A stretch of 64,000 nt of DNA from Octopus sinensis (Eukaryota), in NCBI RefSeq assembly GCF_006345805.1, contig NW_021832228.1, positions 1 to 64,000 on the forward strand. The letters are read 5' to 3'. The notes under the pieces were generated by a model. That model was not told the origin of the DNA, made no database searches, and worked only from the letters and a program-made list of their open reading frames with translations. This document shows, piece by piece, positions 13,323-24,926 of the stretch. Numbering within the stretch: the first letter of the stretch is position 1; the number at the start of each line of letters is the position of its first letter. A program made the translations under genes and the position numbers.

Positions 13323-13750
13323 AAGATCAGAATAGATCAGTAGATCAGTAGATCAGTAGATTAGTAGATCAGTAGATCAGTAGATCAGTAGATCAGTAGA
13401 TCAGTAGATCAGTAGATTAGTAGATCAGTAGATTAGTAGATCAGTAGATCAGTAGATCAGTAGATCAGTAGATCAGTAGATCAGTAGATTAGTAGATCAG
13501 TAGATCAAAAAGATCAGAAATATCAGCAGATCAGAAGATCAGTAGATCAGTAGATCAGTAGATTAGTAGATCAGTAGATCAGTAGATCAGTAGATCAGTA
13601 GATCAGTAGATCAGTAGATTAGTAGATCAGTAGATCAGTAGATCAGTAGATCAGTAGATTAGTAGATCAGTAGATCAGTAGATCAGTAGATCAGTAGATC
13701 AGTAGATCAGTAGATTAGTAGATCAGTAGATCAGTAGATCAGTAGATCAG
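13323..13750 (+). repeat. (TAGATCAG)n 8-bp minisatellite
   Basis: About 50 copies with periodic TAGATTAG variants. Confidence 0.98.
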
Positions 13751-16071
13751 ACTACTCAGAAGACTGCCTTTATAGGGGGTACATTACCTCCTAATTAGAC
13801 TACTCAGAAGACTGCCTTTATAGGGGGTACATTACCTCCCAATTAGACTCCTCAGAAGACTGCCTTTATAGGGGGTACATTACCTCCTAATTAGACTACT
13901 CAGAAGACTGCCTTTATAGGGGGTACATTACCTCCCAATTAGACTACTCAGAAGACTCCCTTTATAGGGGGTACATTACTCCCTATGTGGACTATTCAGA
14001 GGACTGCCTTTATAGGGGGTACATTACTCCCTAAGTGGACTATTCAGAGGACTGCCTTTATAGGGGGTACATTACTCCCTAAGTGGACTATTCAGAGGAC
14101 TGCCTTTATAGGGGGTACATTACTCCCTAAGTGGACTATTCAGAGGACTGCCTTTATAGGGGGTACATTACTCCTAAGTGGACTATTCAGAGGACTGCCT
14201 TTATAGGGGGTACATTACTCCCTAAGTGGACTATTCAGAGGACTGCCTTTATAGGGGGTACATTACTCCCTAAGTGGACTATTCAGAGGACTGCCTTTAT
14301 AGGGGGTACATTACTCCCTAAGTGGACTATTCAGAGGACTGCCTTTATAGGGGGTACATTACTCCCTAAGTGGACTATTCAGAGGACTGCCTTTATAGGG
14401 GGTACATTACTCCCTAAGTGGACTATTCAGAGGACTGCCTTTATAGGGGGTACATTACTCCCTAAGTGGACTATTCAGAGGACTGCCTTTATAGGGGGTA
14501 CATTACTCCCTAAGTGGACTATTCAGAGGACTGCCTTTATAGGGGGTACATTACTCCCTAAGTGGACTATTCAGAGGACTGCCTTTATAGGGGTACATTA
14601 CTCCCTAAGTGGACTATTCAGAGGACTGCCTTTATAGGGGGTACATTACCTCCCAATTAGACTACTCAGAAGACTCCCTTTATAGGGGTACATTACCTCC
14701 TAATTAGACTACTCAGAGACTGCCTTTATAGGGGTACATTACCTCCCAATTAGACTACTCAGAAGACTCCCTTTATAGGGGGTACATTACTCCCTAAGTG
14801 GACTATTCAGAGGACTGCCTTTATAGGGGGTACATTACCTCCCAATTAGACTACTCAGAAGACTCCCTTTATAGGGGGTACATTACCTTCTAATTAGACT
14901 ACTCAGAAGACTGCCTTTATAGGGGGTACATTACCTCCCAATTAGACTACTCAGAAGACTCCCTTTATAGGGGGTACATTACTCCCTAAGTGGACTATTC
15001 AGAGGACTGCCTTTATAGGGGGTACATTACTCCCTAACTGGACTATTCAGAGGACTGCCTTTATAGGGGGTACATTACCTCCCAATTAGACTACTCAGAA
15101 GACTCCCTTTATAGGGGGTACATTACCTCCTAATTAGACTACTCAGAAGACTGCCTTTATAGGGGGTACATTACCTCCCAATTAGACTACTCAGAAGACT
15201 CCCTTTATAGGGGGTACATTACCTCCTAATTAGACTACTCAGAAGACTGCCTTTATAGGGGGTACATTACCTCCCAATTAGACTACTCAGAAGACTCCCT
15301 TTATAGGGGGTACATTACTCCCTAAGTGGACTATTCAGAGGACTGCCTTTATAGGGGGTACATTACCTCCCAATTAGACTACTCAGAAGACTCCCTTTAT
15401 AGGGGGTACATTACCTCCTAATTAGACTACTCAGAAGACTGCCTTTATAGGGGGTACATTACCTCCCAATTAGACTACTCAGAAGACTCCCTTTATAGGG
15501 GGTACATTACTCCCTAAGTGGACTATTCAGAGGACTGCCTTTATAGGGGGTACATTATTCCCTAACTGGACTATTCAGAGGACTGCCTTTATAGGGGGTA
15601 CATTACTCCCTAAGTGGACTATTCAGAGGACTGCCTTTATAGGGGGTACATTACTCCCTAAGTTGACTATTCAGAGGACTGCCTTTATAGGGGCTACATT
15701 ACTCCCTAAGTGGACTATTCAGAGGACTGCCTTTATAGGGGGTACATTACTCCCTAAGTGGACTATTCAGAGGACTGCCTTTATAGGGGGTACATTACTC
15801 CCTAAGTGGACTATTCAGAGGACTGCCTTTATAGGGGGTACATTACTCCCTAAGTGGACTATTCAGAGGACTGCCTTTATAGGGGGTACATTACCTCCCA
15901 ATTAGACTACTCAGAAGACTGCCTTTATAGGGGGTACATTACCTCCTAATTAGACTACTCAGAAGACTGCCTTTATAGGGGGTACATTACCTCCCAATTA
16001 GACTACTCAGAAGACTCCCTTTATAGGGGGTACATTACTCCCTAAGTGGACTATTCAGGGGACTGCCTTTA
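13748..16071 (+). repeat. 48-bp tandem satellite, array 2
   Basis: Same unit and variants as 4703-6170, about 48 copies. Confidence 0.98.
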
Positions 16072-16288
16072 TTTTCAGCAAGATTTGCGTAATTATGCAG
16101 ATCCCTACTCAGTTCTCCACGTGTGTGATATCAATCGAGCTCATTTTTTTCAGGGGATCAGTTTGAAATATTTTAGGATAATATGCGCTTTTTACAGCTC
16201 GTCTAAAACCTTTTTATCTACTCTATTCTGGAGTTTTAACTTTTTTAACTTAAATTGCCCTAGTGATAACAATCGAGCTCATTTTTCT
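16072..16288 (+). repeat. About one diverged monomer of the 168-bp satellite
   Basis: CAGTTCTCCACGTGTGTGATATCAATCGAGCTC...AAAACCTTTTTATCTACTCTATT matches the 42.1-45.2 kb array. Confidence 0.92.
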
Positions 16289-16484
16289 TTGAAATAAAAA
16301 AAACAAAGAAACAACATCGAATAAACAACATATAATGTACTTAAATTTATTTAAACAATAGTATTGGTTATCCATTGTCTCCAATCCTGCACGGATAGAC
16401 GGGGTCATCTTATGCTGTGACCTCAATGTAAAACACCCCCTTTGGCTCTTTAATTATTTTGCGGATACGAGAGGGAAATCTCCA

Positions 16485-17270
16485 TGGTTAGTGTAAGGGT
16501 AGGGTTATGGTTTGGGTTAGCGTTAGGGTTAAGGTTAGGTTAGGGTTAGGGTTATGGCTAGGGTTAGATTTATGGTCATGGTTAAAGTTAAGGTTAGTGT
16601 TAGGGTTATGCTACTCACCCCAATATGGTTTTGACATACTGACCTACTGGCTTATGGGTAGGGTTAGCGTTAGGGTTATGGTAAGGGTTATGGTTCAGGT
16701 AAGTGTAGGGTTATGGTTAGGGTTAGCGATAGGGTTAGGGTTAAGGTTAGGTTATGTATGAAATAGCGTAATATATTACACAATATTGGGAGGTCCCTAG
16801 ATTTTCCCACTATGGCATTCACCAGCTGACTTACTGACCCCAATATGGTTTTGAGCTACTGACCTACTGGATTATGGTTGGGGTTAGCGTTAAGGTTAGG
16901 GTTATGGTTAGGTTTAGGGTTATGGTTAGGGTAAGGGTAGGGTTATGTTTAGGGTTAGGGTTATGGTTCAGGTAAGTGTAGGGTTATGGTTAGGGTTAGC
17001 GATAGGGTTAGGGTTAAGGTTAGGTTATGTATGAAATAGCGTAATATATTACACAATATTGGGAGGTCCCTAGATTTTCCCACTATGGCCTTCACCAGCT
17101 GACTTACTGACCCCAATATGGTTTTGAGCTACTGACCTACTGGATTATGGTTGGGGTTAGCGTTAAGGTTAGGGTTATGGTTAGGTTTAGGGTTATGGTT
17201 AGGGTAAGGGTAGGGTTATGTTTAGGGTTAACGTTAGGGTTAGGGTTAGGGTTAAGGTTAGGTTATGTAT
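16485..17270 (+). repeat. Degenerate (TTAGGG)n telomere-like tandem units (mirror of 12342-13125)
   Basis: GGGTTA/GGTTAG-rich hexamers with the same spacer module inverted. Confidence 0.9.
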
Positions 17271-17734
17271 TTTTAAATTTTTTCACGAATGAATTTTTTA
17301 TATTAAGTCGCTGCCTGGTTAATTTACCCACTAGAACAATATAATCACGTGGTTTTAATAATTAAAATTTCTACTCGAGTTACTTTTTGAGTGATCAGAC
17401 ATTAATTTTCACTTGTGGGAAAATTTATTTGACTATGAAGATTAAAATTGGCTAAATAAAAAGAGAATGGAGTATACAATAAACGAGAATAGATCTTCGT
17501 GTGAAAATAGTCGCTAGTCATTCCATGGTCTCAAAGAGACAGTCTATAAACCTTAAAGAGGCTAAAAAATATTTACTGAAATCACTAAAAATCCCAAGAT
17601 TTTGTTGTACAATACAACCGTAATGTGATGTCAAAATCTTAATTCACATACTTATTATTGATTTATAAATGACAAAATCGTGCTTCATTATGATAATTTT
17701 ACTTAAGTTTTAGAATTTGTTTCAGAAAACTACA

Positions 17735-19375
17735 TACCTTTTATTGCTCGTCTGGTCTCTTTGGCCTACGGTCGACCCAGCCTCCTTATCGGTGGCGACC
17801 ACTCAATCTCTTCCTGCAACGGGGCTAACAAGGCGATCCTCTGGGTCCTCTCCTTTTCGCCCTGGCAATCGATCCCGTTCCCAGAAGTGTATCCTCCGTT
17901 TTTAATGCTTGGTATCTGGACGATGCTACCATCGGAGGTACACTCGAATCCGTTCTCGACGATCTGAGAACTTTAATCCCGGCATTACACGCAATTGGCC
18001 TTGATATCAATCCCCGAAAATCTGAAATCTTTAACATCAGTTATGATGTCCACTGTTTCTCTGTTGCCCATTGTTCTATCGAGTCATTACTTCCTAACAT
18101 CCATGTCACTTCGCCCGGAAATCTCAAGATTCTGGGTTCCCCAATTTTTCACTTCAATGTTGTTTCTACCTTATCAGAAAAAACATCAAACCTTGCGTCA
18201 ATGTCCTGTAATCTTGGTGTCATCGATTCCCATTCGGCCCTGTTCTTATTAAGGAACTGTTTCGCCGTTCCTAAACTACTGTTTACCCTCAGAAGCGCAC
18301 CATGCTTTGCCAATCCCGAGAGTTTTTCCAGATTCGACCATGCCTTTAGGACTTGCCTCGAATCAATATGTAATGCACCATTCGACGATCTTGGCTGGGA
18401 ACAGGCAATACTCCCTATCAGTCATGGCGGCATCGGTGTGCGCTCAGCCACTGACCTTTCTTTGCCAGCATTCCTTCCCTCCACACATGCCACGAGCACC
18501 CTTGTCCAAGAGATTCTCCAACCCTTTTCCGAATCCTCTTTGGACACAGAGTCAGTCGCCGCAAAAAGCCGCTGGCTTGGGTTGTCTCTTGTGCTCCCTC
18601 AGAATCCGCACGCACAGGTCGAATGGGACAGGATCCTCTGCGACCAGAAGTTAAACAACCTCAAGCCCAAGCTTAACCAACATCGCTTGGCTTGCTTACT
18701 GGCTGCCTCACAACCATATTCGGGGGCTTGGTTGACCGCTATCCCAATGGGTTCTATTGGAACCTTATCGGACGATGATTGCCTGAGGATCGGCATATCA
18801 CTGCGCCTAGGTCTGAACGTATGCCGGGAACACCGGTGTCGCTGTGGATCGACCGTTGACCCCTTTGGACTGCACCCGTTATCGTGCCAAAGAAGTCCCA
18901 GACGCTTCCCTCGACATACGGCTCTGAAGGACATAATCAAGCAAACCCTGGAAACTGCCGAATTCCCTTCACAACTGGAACCTGTCGGGCTGGCTCGGGA
19001 GGATGGTAAACGTCCTGATGGTCTAACGACCTTTCCATTTGAAAATGGCAAGTCTCTCATCTAGGACGCCACTCGCACGGATACCTTCTCCGCCGGGAAC
19101 ATCTTGTCGTCGGCTTCAGAGCAGGGCTCCGCAGCCAACCTGGCCGAAACGCTAAAAATCAAGAAATACAGTGCATTATCTCACCGCCACATCTTTGCTC
19201 TGATCGCAGTGGAGACATCGGGAGTCCTCGGCCCCAGAACTAAAAAATTTCTTATTAAACTGGGGGATTTGGCAAGCAGAAGGAGAAATGATCATCGGGA
19301 ACGGACATGGCTTTTCCAACGCATATCAATAGCCATCTTGCGTGCCATTCCATCCTATCCTCTGCTGCTAATTAA
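17735..19375 (+). pseudogene. CRE-clade RT-RLE non-LTR retrotransposon, 5'-truncated
   Basis: RT motifs QGDPLGPLLFALAI and WYLDDATIGG after a frameshift; LLRNCFAVPKLLFTLRSAPCF; zinc knuckle CRCG...HPLSC; RLE DGKRPDG...LI*DAT (TGG>TAG) ...AVETSGVLGP. Confidence 0.9.
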
Positions 19376-19750
19376 ATATACCTAATTATCATACCATGAT
19401 TCACTTTATTAACATATTTATCTTTGAACTTTTATTCAAATAATGTAAATCTGTCCTTGTTTGCCGTCATGACATCGTTAAAAATATAATTATCGTGCGA
19501 ATTTGTCATTTTATTATACATGATGGAAGGTTTTTTACTTATTGCAGTCTCACGGTGTGATAATAACTACTTAAGTGTTAATTGAGCAATCACAATATAC
19601 TGATTTTATGTACATTTTACTGTTCAAATGAATGATTAGAGACATTTTTATAAGTGTTAAAAATACAAATGATTTTAATTATATTAATAGTCATTTTATT
19701 GTTTCTTGCTAAATGACGGAATTACTTAAAATCTAAAACTCTTTATATAG

Positions 19751-20017
19751 GAAATTATTATGGAATTTCATGCAGAATTTGTGGCGACCGTGCATCAGGA
19801 AATCACTACGGAGTCGCAACATGTAATGGTTGCAAGGTACTTTGTAGATTAACGTTTCCTTGCATTTAGTCTTTTTTCCACAGGACAGAATCTTTAAATG
19901 TTGATAAAAAGTATACATGTCCAAAAAATGGAGCGTGTGTAGTCGACAAAATTACAAGGAATAGATGTAAGTATTGTCGATACACAAAATGTCTCCAATC
20001 TGGAATGTCGAGAGATG
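19751..20017 (+). CDS. Nuclear receptor DBD exons (copy 3; intron 19837-19869)
   Basis: As copy 1, with one A>V substitution (NVDKK versus NADKK). Confidence 0.85.
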
Positions 20018-20318
20018 GTTAGTTTTATTTAAAATTTATTATTACAATAATGCGGTAAATTTAAGTAATGCGAATATATATTGATTGATTTTCAAAGTCT
20101 TTGATCTAGTTTTATGATTTTTATATGAAATGAATGTCATTTAGACAATTTTGTATTAATTTATCATGATAGATCGCGATAATACCCGGATATCAACACT
20201 TATTACAATACGTTTTAATTTATTTAGGTATAAAATTCGGGAGAATCTCTAATAAAAATAGAAAAAAAGAAGATATCAAAAAAACAATTTTTTTTGGCGC
20301 ACTTTTGATTTTTTTTTG

Positions 20319-22744
20319 GGTACTGTTGCATTTCATCCTGCACGAAAATATCCTCTAAATCAGGGGTCGGCAGGATTTTTGTCTTCGCGGGCCAAAATTT
20401 TATTTTTGTATGCGATCCGGGCCAAACGGGAAAAAATCCTTATCGGTCACAAAAATAAGGCAACGTTTGCACATTGCGATCTTTCTTTATCAAGTTTTTT
20501 TTTGCAACTTTCTTACGAAATAAAAATTCATCAGTTAAAAATGATTATAAAGAAGTGAATTTATTTTACTCATTAATCTGACTAGTTTCTAAACGTAATA
20601 TATCGTTAAGATGTGAATCGGTAATCCTCGTTCTCAGACAATTTTTTACATTATTCATTTTAGAGAATAATTGTTCACATAAAAATGTGCTTCCAAATAT
20701 ACAAGCCATTTTCATAGCATTGTCGGTTAATTGCGGATATTTTCTGACACATACAAAATTTTTGTAGAAGCTCAAAATATCCATTTCAAAAAAATATTTT
20801 GATTTAAGTGTACTGTCGCATTGAATTTTAAGTAATTCCATTTGATAACACCCTGGTACTGTCTCAGTTTCAACATCAAATGAGATTGAAAAAATGTTGA
20901 AAAGATTTTTATGAGCCTAAAAAATTATATATGCGCATTTTATTCTTAAATCCATAAAACGTGATGAAAATTCTGATCTCAATTCCATAACTATGTTTGC
21001 ATATTCCGGAACATCAGTCGGATTCGTAGAAAGAAAATTCACAAAATGCGTCATGTTTCCTTTTTGTAACTGTAATTCCCACAACTTCAATTTATTTTCA
21101 AAAGCAGTGATTTCGGCATACATTTAAGGTATAAATTTATTACTTCCCTGCAGTTTCAAATTTAAGTCATTTAGATGTGAAGTTATGTCTACAAAAAATG
21201 CCAATTTGAAAATATCAGTATTTCGGAAATATGAAGCATCATAATTCTTTTCTTCAAGAAAAATTATAAAATCTTCCCGTATATGAAAAAACCTTTTGAG
21301 CATTGATCCTCTACTAAGCCATCTGACATTACAAAAATATAAAAGATCCTCATATTCTGCTTCAGTGTCGATTAAAAATTGCCTGAACTGCCGATGATTC
21401 AAGCCGCGGGATAAAATAAAATTTACTGCATTAAAAACAGCATTTATTGTCTCACGTAACCTGACTGATTTGACAACTAACGCCTCTTGATGAACAATAC
21501 AGTGAATCTTAACCAAATTGTGCTCAATTCCAAATTTTTCCATTTCATTTTGGAGTAATGTAATAGTTCCCTTTTTTTTCCCAACCATAGATGGAGCCCC
21601 GTCTGTTGTAATTCTTTACTAAATTTGTCGGCGGGCCAAATTCCCTTAGTATTATAAAATTTGTTTGCGGGCCATTTTTAAATCTTTCTGGGCCTAATTT
21701 GGCCCGCGGGCCGCGATTTGCCGACCCCTGCTCTAAATGAATTAATGAAAATTTTTATGAATATTAGATCAAAAATTTAAAAAATTGAACTATGCCGATT
21801 TTGTAAATTTTATTCTAATTTTTTTTTAAAAAAATTTGAATTTTTAAGCTGCTTAGTGGTGTCAAAACAATGCCGACAAAATTAAATCTGAGCTATTAAC
21901 GACCACCTATCTAAAAAGACACAGTTGTTGGTTAATAAAGATGCTTATCATCATTCCCTCAGTGAAAAAATCTTTATTACAATAAAAAAGGTCAGCTAGT
22001 AGTACGAAGCGTGATATTCGGCGGATAAAATTTGACGATGACATCTATTAGCTCATCGAAGGAGTTGTCTGAATGGATCACTTGCCTTCTCCATAAAAAT
22101 TTTATAAATGTATCAGGAGTATTTAATACCTGCAAAATATGCACCCATGAAGTGACGCGGGGTCCCCCTTTGTCTCTTATTGCGCCATTTTGCGCACCCC
22201 CACATTCTATATTTTCATATATAATTATTATCTGAACCTCTCAACATTCTGTGTATGTGCACCTGTGCTCGGATCTACAAAAAAATACTGTGTCTGTCGA
22301 AACTCCACATGTACATAAAGCGAATACATGACTGTAAGGTCACTTTCGTGCCTTCGAGCCACGTACCTAAAAATAAAGTACTCTCTTATACCGTTTCTAA
22401 TAGAACTATATGTTCGACACCCACTTTTATAGCACACCCATGTTGTATTCTCCTGCTGTTGGAGAAGGGTCATAAAATGTCTGTTTTGACATTTTTTTTC
22501 TTTGAAAAAAATTCCAACCTCTTGAAGGAAGGCAACTGACTTCATTTCAAGTACGGGGAAGTTCATAGTCCTTCAGTTTTGCAAATTTTCGCATGACAAC
22601 TGTATCATTTTTTTAAAAAAAATTAGAATAAAATTTACAAAATCGGCATAGTTCAATTTTTTAAATTTTCGATTTAATATTCATAAAAATTTGCATTAAT
22701 TCATTTAGAAACTATTTTCGTGCAGGATAAAATGCAACAGTACC
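20319..22744 (-). mobile_element. Merlin-like element with nested hAT (20361-21730) (copy 3)
   Basis: Inverted copy of 6871-9296; hAT TSD reads CTCTAAAT on this strand. Confidence 0.9.
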
Positions 22745-22986
22745 TTTTTTGTATTTAGTAATGTTTGTTTTTTAATATAAAATCTTTTTTATTTTCCTTT
22801 TAACAGAAGTTAATTTATGGAATTAATTTGGACACCTTCCATCGGCGTGGAAGCATACGATTGTTCGAATGATTCCAAAATCTGGTAAATCGACATTCCT
22901 GGCACAGAACTACCGGCCAATTAGCCTCATTTGTGCTTTCTCTAAGACAATGGAAAAGATTGTCTTTAACAGACTCTCTGGTCATA

Positions 22987-23720
22987 TAGTTAGTTAGTTA
23001 GTTAGTTATGTTACCCTGGCTTCACTAACACGTAGGAAGCCGGCTGCAATCAGGTAGCGAGACGCGAAGATCGGGCGCTCCCAGAGATCCCGAATCCCAA
23101 TAGGCGGAGACAAATGAGGCGGTCCAGGACAGGGGAAAAGGTCTTCAGGGGTGAAGGAACGGTATGTTTCGAAAATCAGTGGATGATGTCCCGAGCGAAT
23201 CTGAGCAAGCTGGACACGGAGATATCTGCCGAGTGATTGCTCTGAGGAGTGGACCGGCGGGGGGGGGGAGAGTTGAGAAGTTTGTTGTTTTTGAGCATCC
23301 TGATAGCACGAGTGGAGATGTGGTCATGGATTAGTTTATTCGCAGTTTTCCCGTTGTTGGTTGAGAGTATTTTTGAAAGACATCTACATTGATTGGCCAG
23401 AGTAGAAATGATGTGTCTTTTGTTTTCTGGAATAGAGATTTTGTGACTTGGATGAGAAGAATCTTGTATTTCCTGTAGGAATTGGAGTCCTTTCATCGTC
23501 AGATGGTCATCGACCGGAAGGATACAGGACTCCCAATGGAGATGATCGATGGGAGTGGATGCAAGGCAGCCAGTTATTGTGCGTAGCTCTGAGTTTTGGA
23601 TTCTTTGGAGTTTTTGGAGGTTTGAATGAGACAAGTTCCATGACCATGCTGGACTAGCATAGTTCATAGATGTTCTGACAAATTGTTTGTAAACCAAAGT
23701 GAGGCATTCTTTGGCTTGGA
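22987..23720 (-). mobile_element. 5'-truncated Ingi/Vingi-like LINE 3' portion
   Basis: [17 protein letters not shown]...IQNSELRTITGCLASTPIDHLHWESCILP parallels VYKQYIRPVLSYASPSW...IQNKAMRIISGCLKSTPIDHLHCETNLLP at ~50.2 kb. (TAAC)n tail. Confidence 0.85.
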
Positions 23721-24400
23721 ACACCGTGTCGCTTGCCTCCGTGCAGGTCGCTGTGAAGGCAGCGGTGTCTGGTTAAAGGCTCTCCCTTTCCCTTCCATCG
23801 GGAACCTGTTGGACAAGGAATGCCTAAGAATTGCAATCTCCCTTCGTGTCGGGCTGAAAATCTGCCAGACGCACAAATGCCGTTGTGGGGGAACTGTTGA
23901 CGAGTACGGTTTGCATCCCCTCGCTTGCCGGCGGAGTGCCGGTCGTGCCCCCCGTCACAGTGAACTCAACTCAGTCATACAGAGAGCCCTCGCTTTAGCG
24001 GGCATCCCGTCAATCCTTGAACCTGTTTGATTGGATAGAGGGGATGGCAAACGCCCTGACGGCATGTCCACCTTCCCCTACGAGCAGGGGAAATCCCTTA
24101 TTTGGGAATCTACCTGTTCGGACACGTTCTCGCTGGGAAATCTCGCTCTGTCCGCCGCCAATCCTGGGCACGCTTCGAGGCAGGCCGAGGAGCGAAAGAT
24201 TCTCAAGTACAGCCACCTCTTCAACTCGCTGTTCTTTACTCCAATTGCCGTGGAGTCCTCCGGGATCTTCGGCCCCAAAACACTCCGCTTCCTTCACTCG
24301 CAAGGACTAGCCACGATCCAAGAGAGTTTTCTTGGCTCCTGGAACGTCTGTCGATTGCTGTGATTTGAGGGAACGGCTTCGCCATTCGCGAGGAATATTT
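23720..24400 (+). pseudogene. CRE-clade element, 3' RLE portion
   Basis: [46 protein letters not shown]...[37 protein letters not shown]...KYSHL...AVESSGIFGP. Confidence 0.88.
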
Positions 24401-24926
24401 TAATTTGAATAATGGTGACTTTGAATAATATATTTTTAGACGATTTAATAATAAAGATAATCTCTTGTTACAATATATTTTCTAAAAATGAAGATGAACG
24501 TGTTAATTTTTTTGGCACTTAAAAGTGCGAATGACTTAATATTTAAACCAGTTATAAATACGTATTAAATATTTTTAAATAGAATCCTGATCATCTGTTG
24601 GACAATTTATATTTGCTTATGAAATCTTTTTACAAAAAGCTTTATCATACTTGTTTCAAGTTTCGGAATTCATTGAGTTTTATCAAAGTGATCAAAAAAT
24701 TTTGTTAAAAAATGGTTGATTGTATTTATTTTATTATTAAGGACATTTTGAAATGTTTGTTTACTATACATGTATCAATCTTTTGATCCACATCTTCAAA
24801 TTATTCAGTTTGATAATATGTCACAGTCCGTTTATGAAACACGCCGTTAATGAAACGCCAACATCAAATTAGAAAAAAAATTGATTTTGTCAATAAAAAA
24901 TTTATAAATTGACAAATACCTGAGCT

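Larger units (their letters stand above)
16288..23445 (-). repeat. Right arm of inverted duplication
   Basis: Reverse complement of 6171-13322 with a few SNPs and homopolymer indels. Confidence 0.97.

Noticed and set aside
4703-16071. 48-bp repeats as a CRISPR array or as repeat-protein genes (LLPKWTIQRTAFIGGT)n
   Set aside because: Units are head-to-tail with no unique spacers, there are no cas genes, and the context is eukaryotic. The ORFs arise only because 48 is divisible by 3 and one frame lacks stops.
12342-17270. Telomere-telomere fusion site
   Set aside because: A fusion would read TTAGGG...CCCTAA on the + strand. The observed order is the reverse and the repeats are degenerate.
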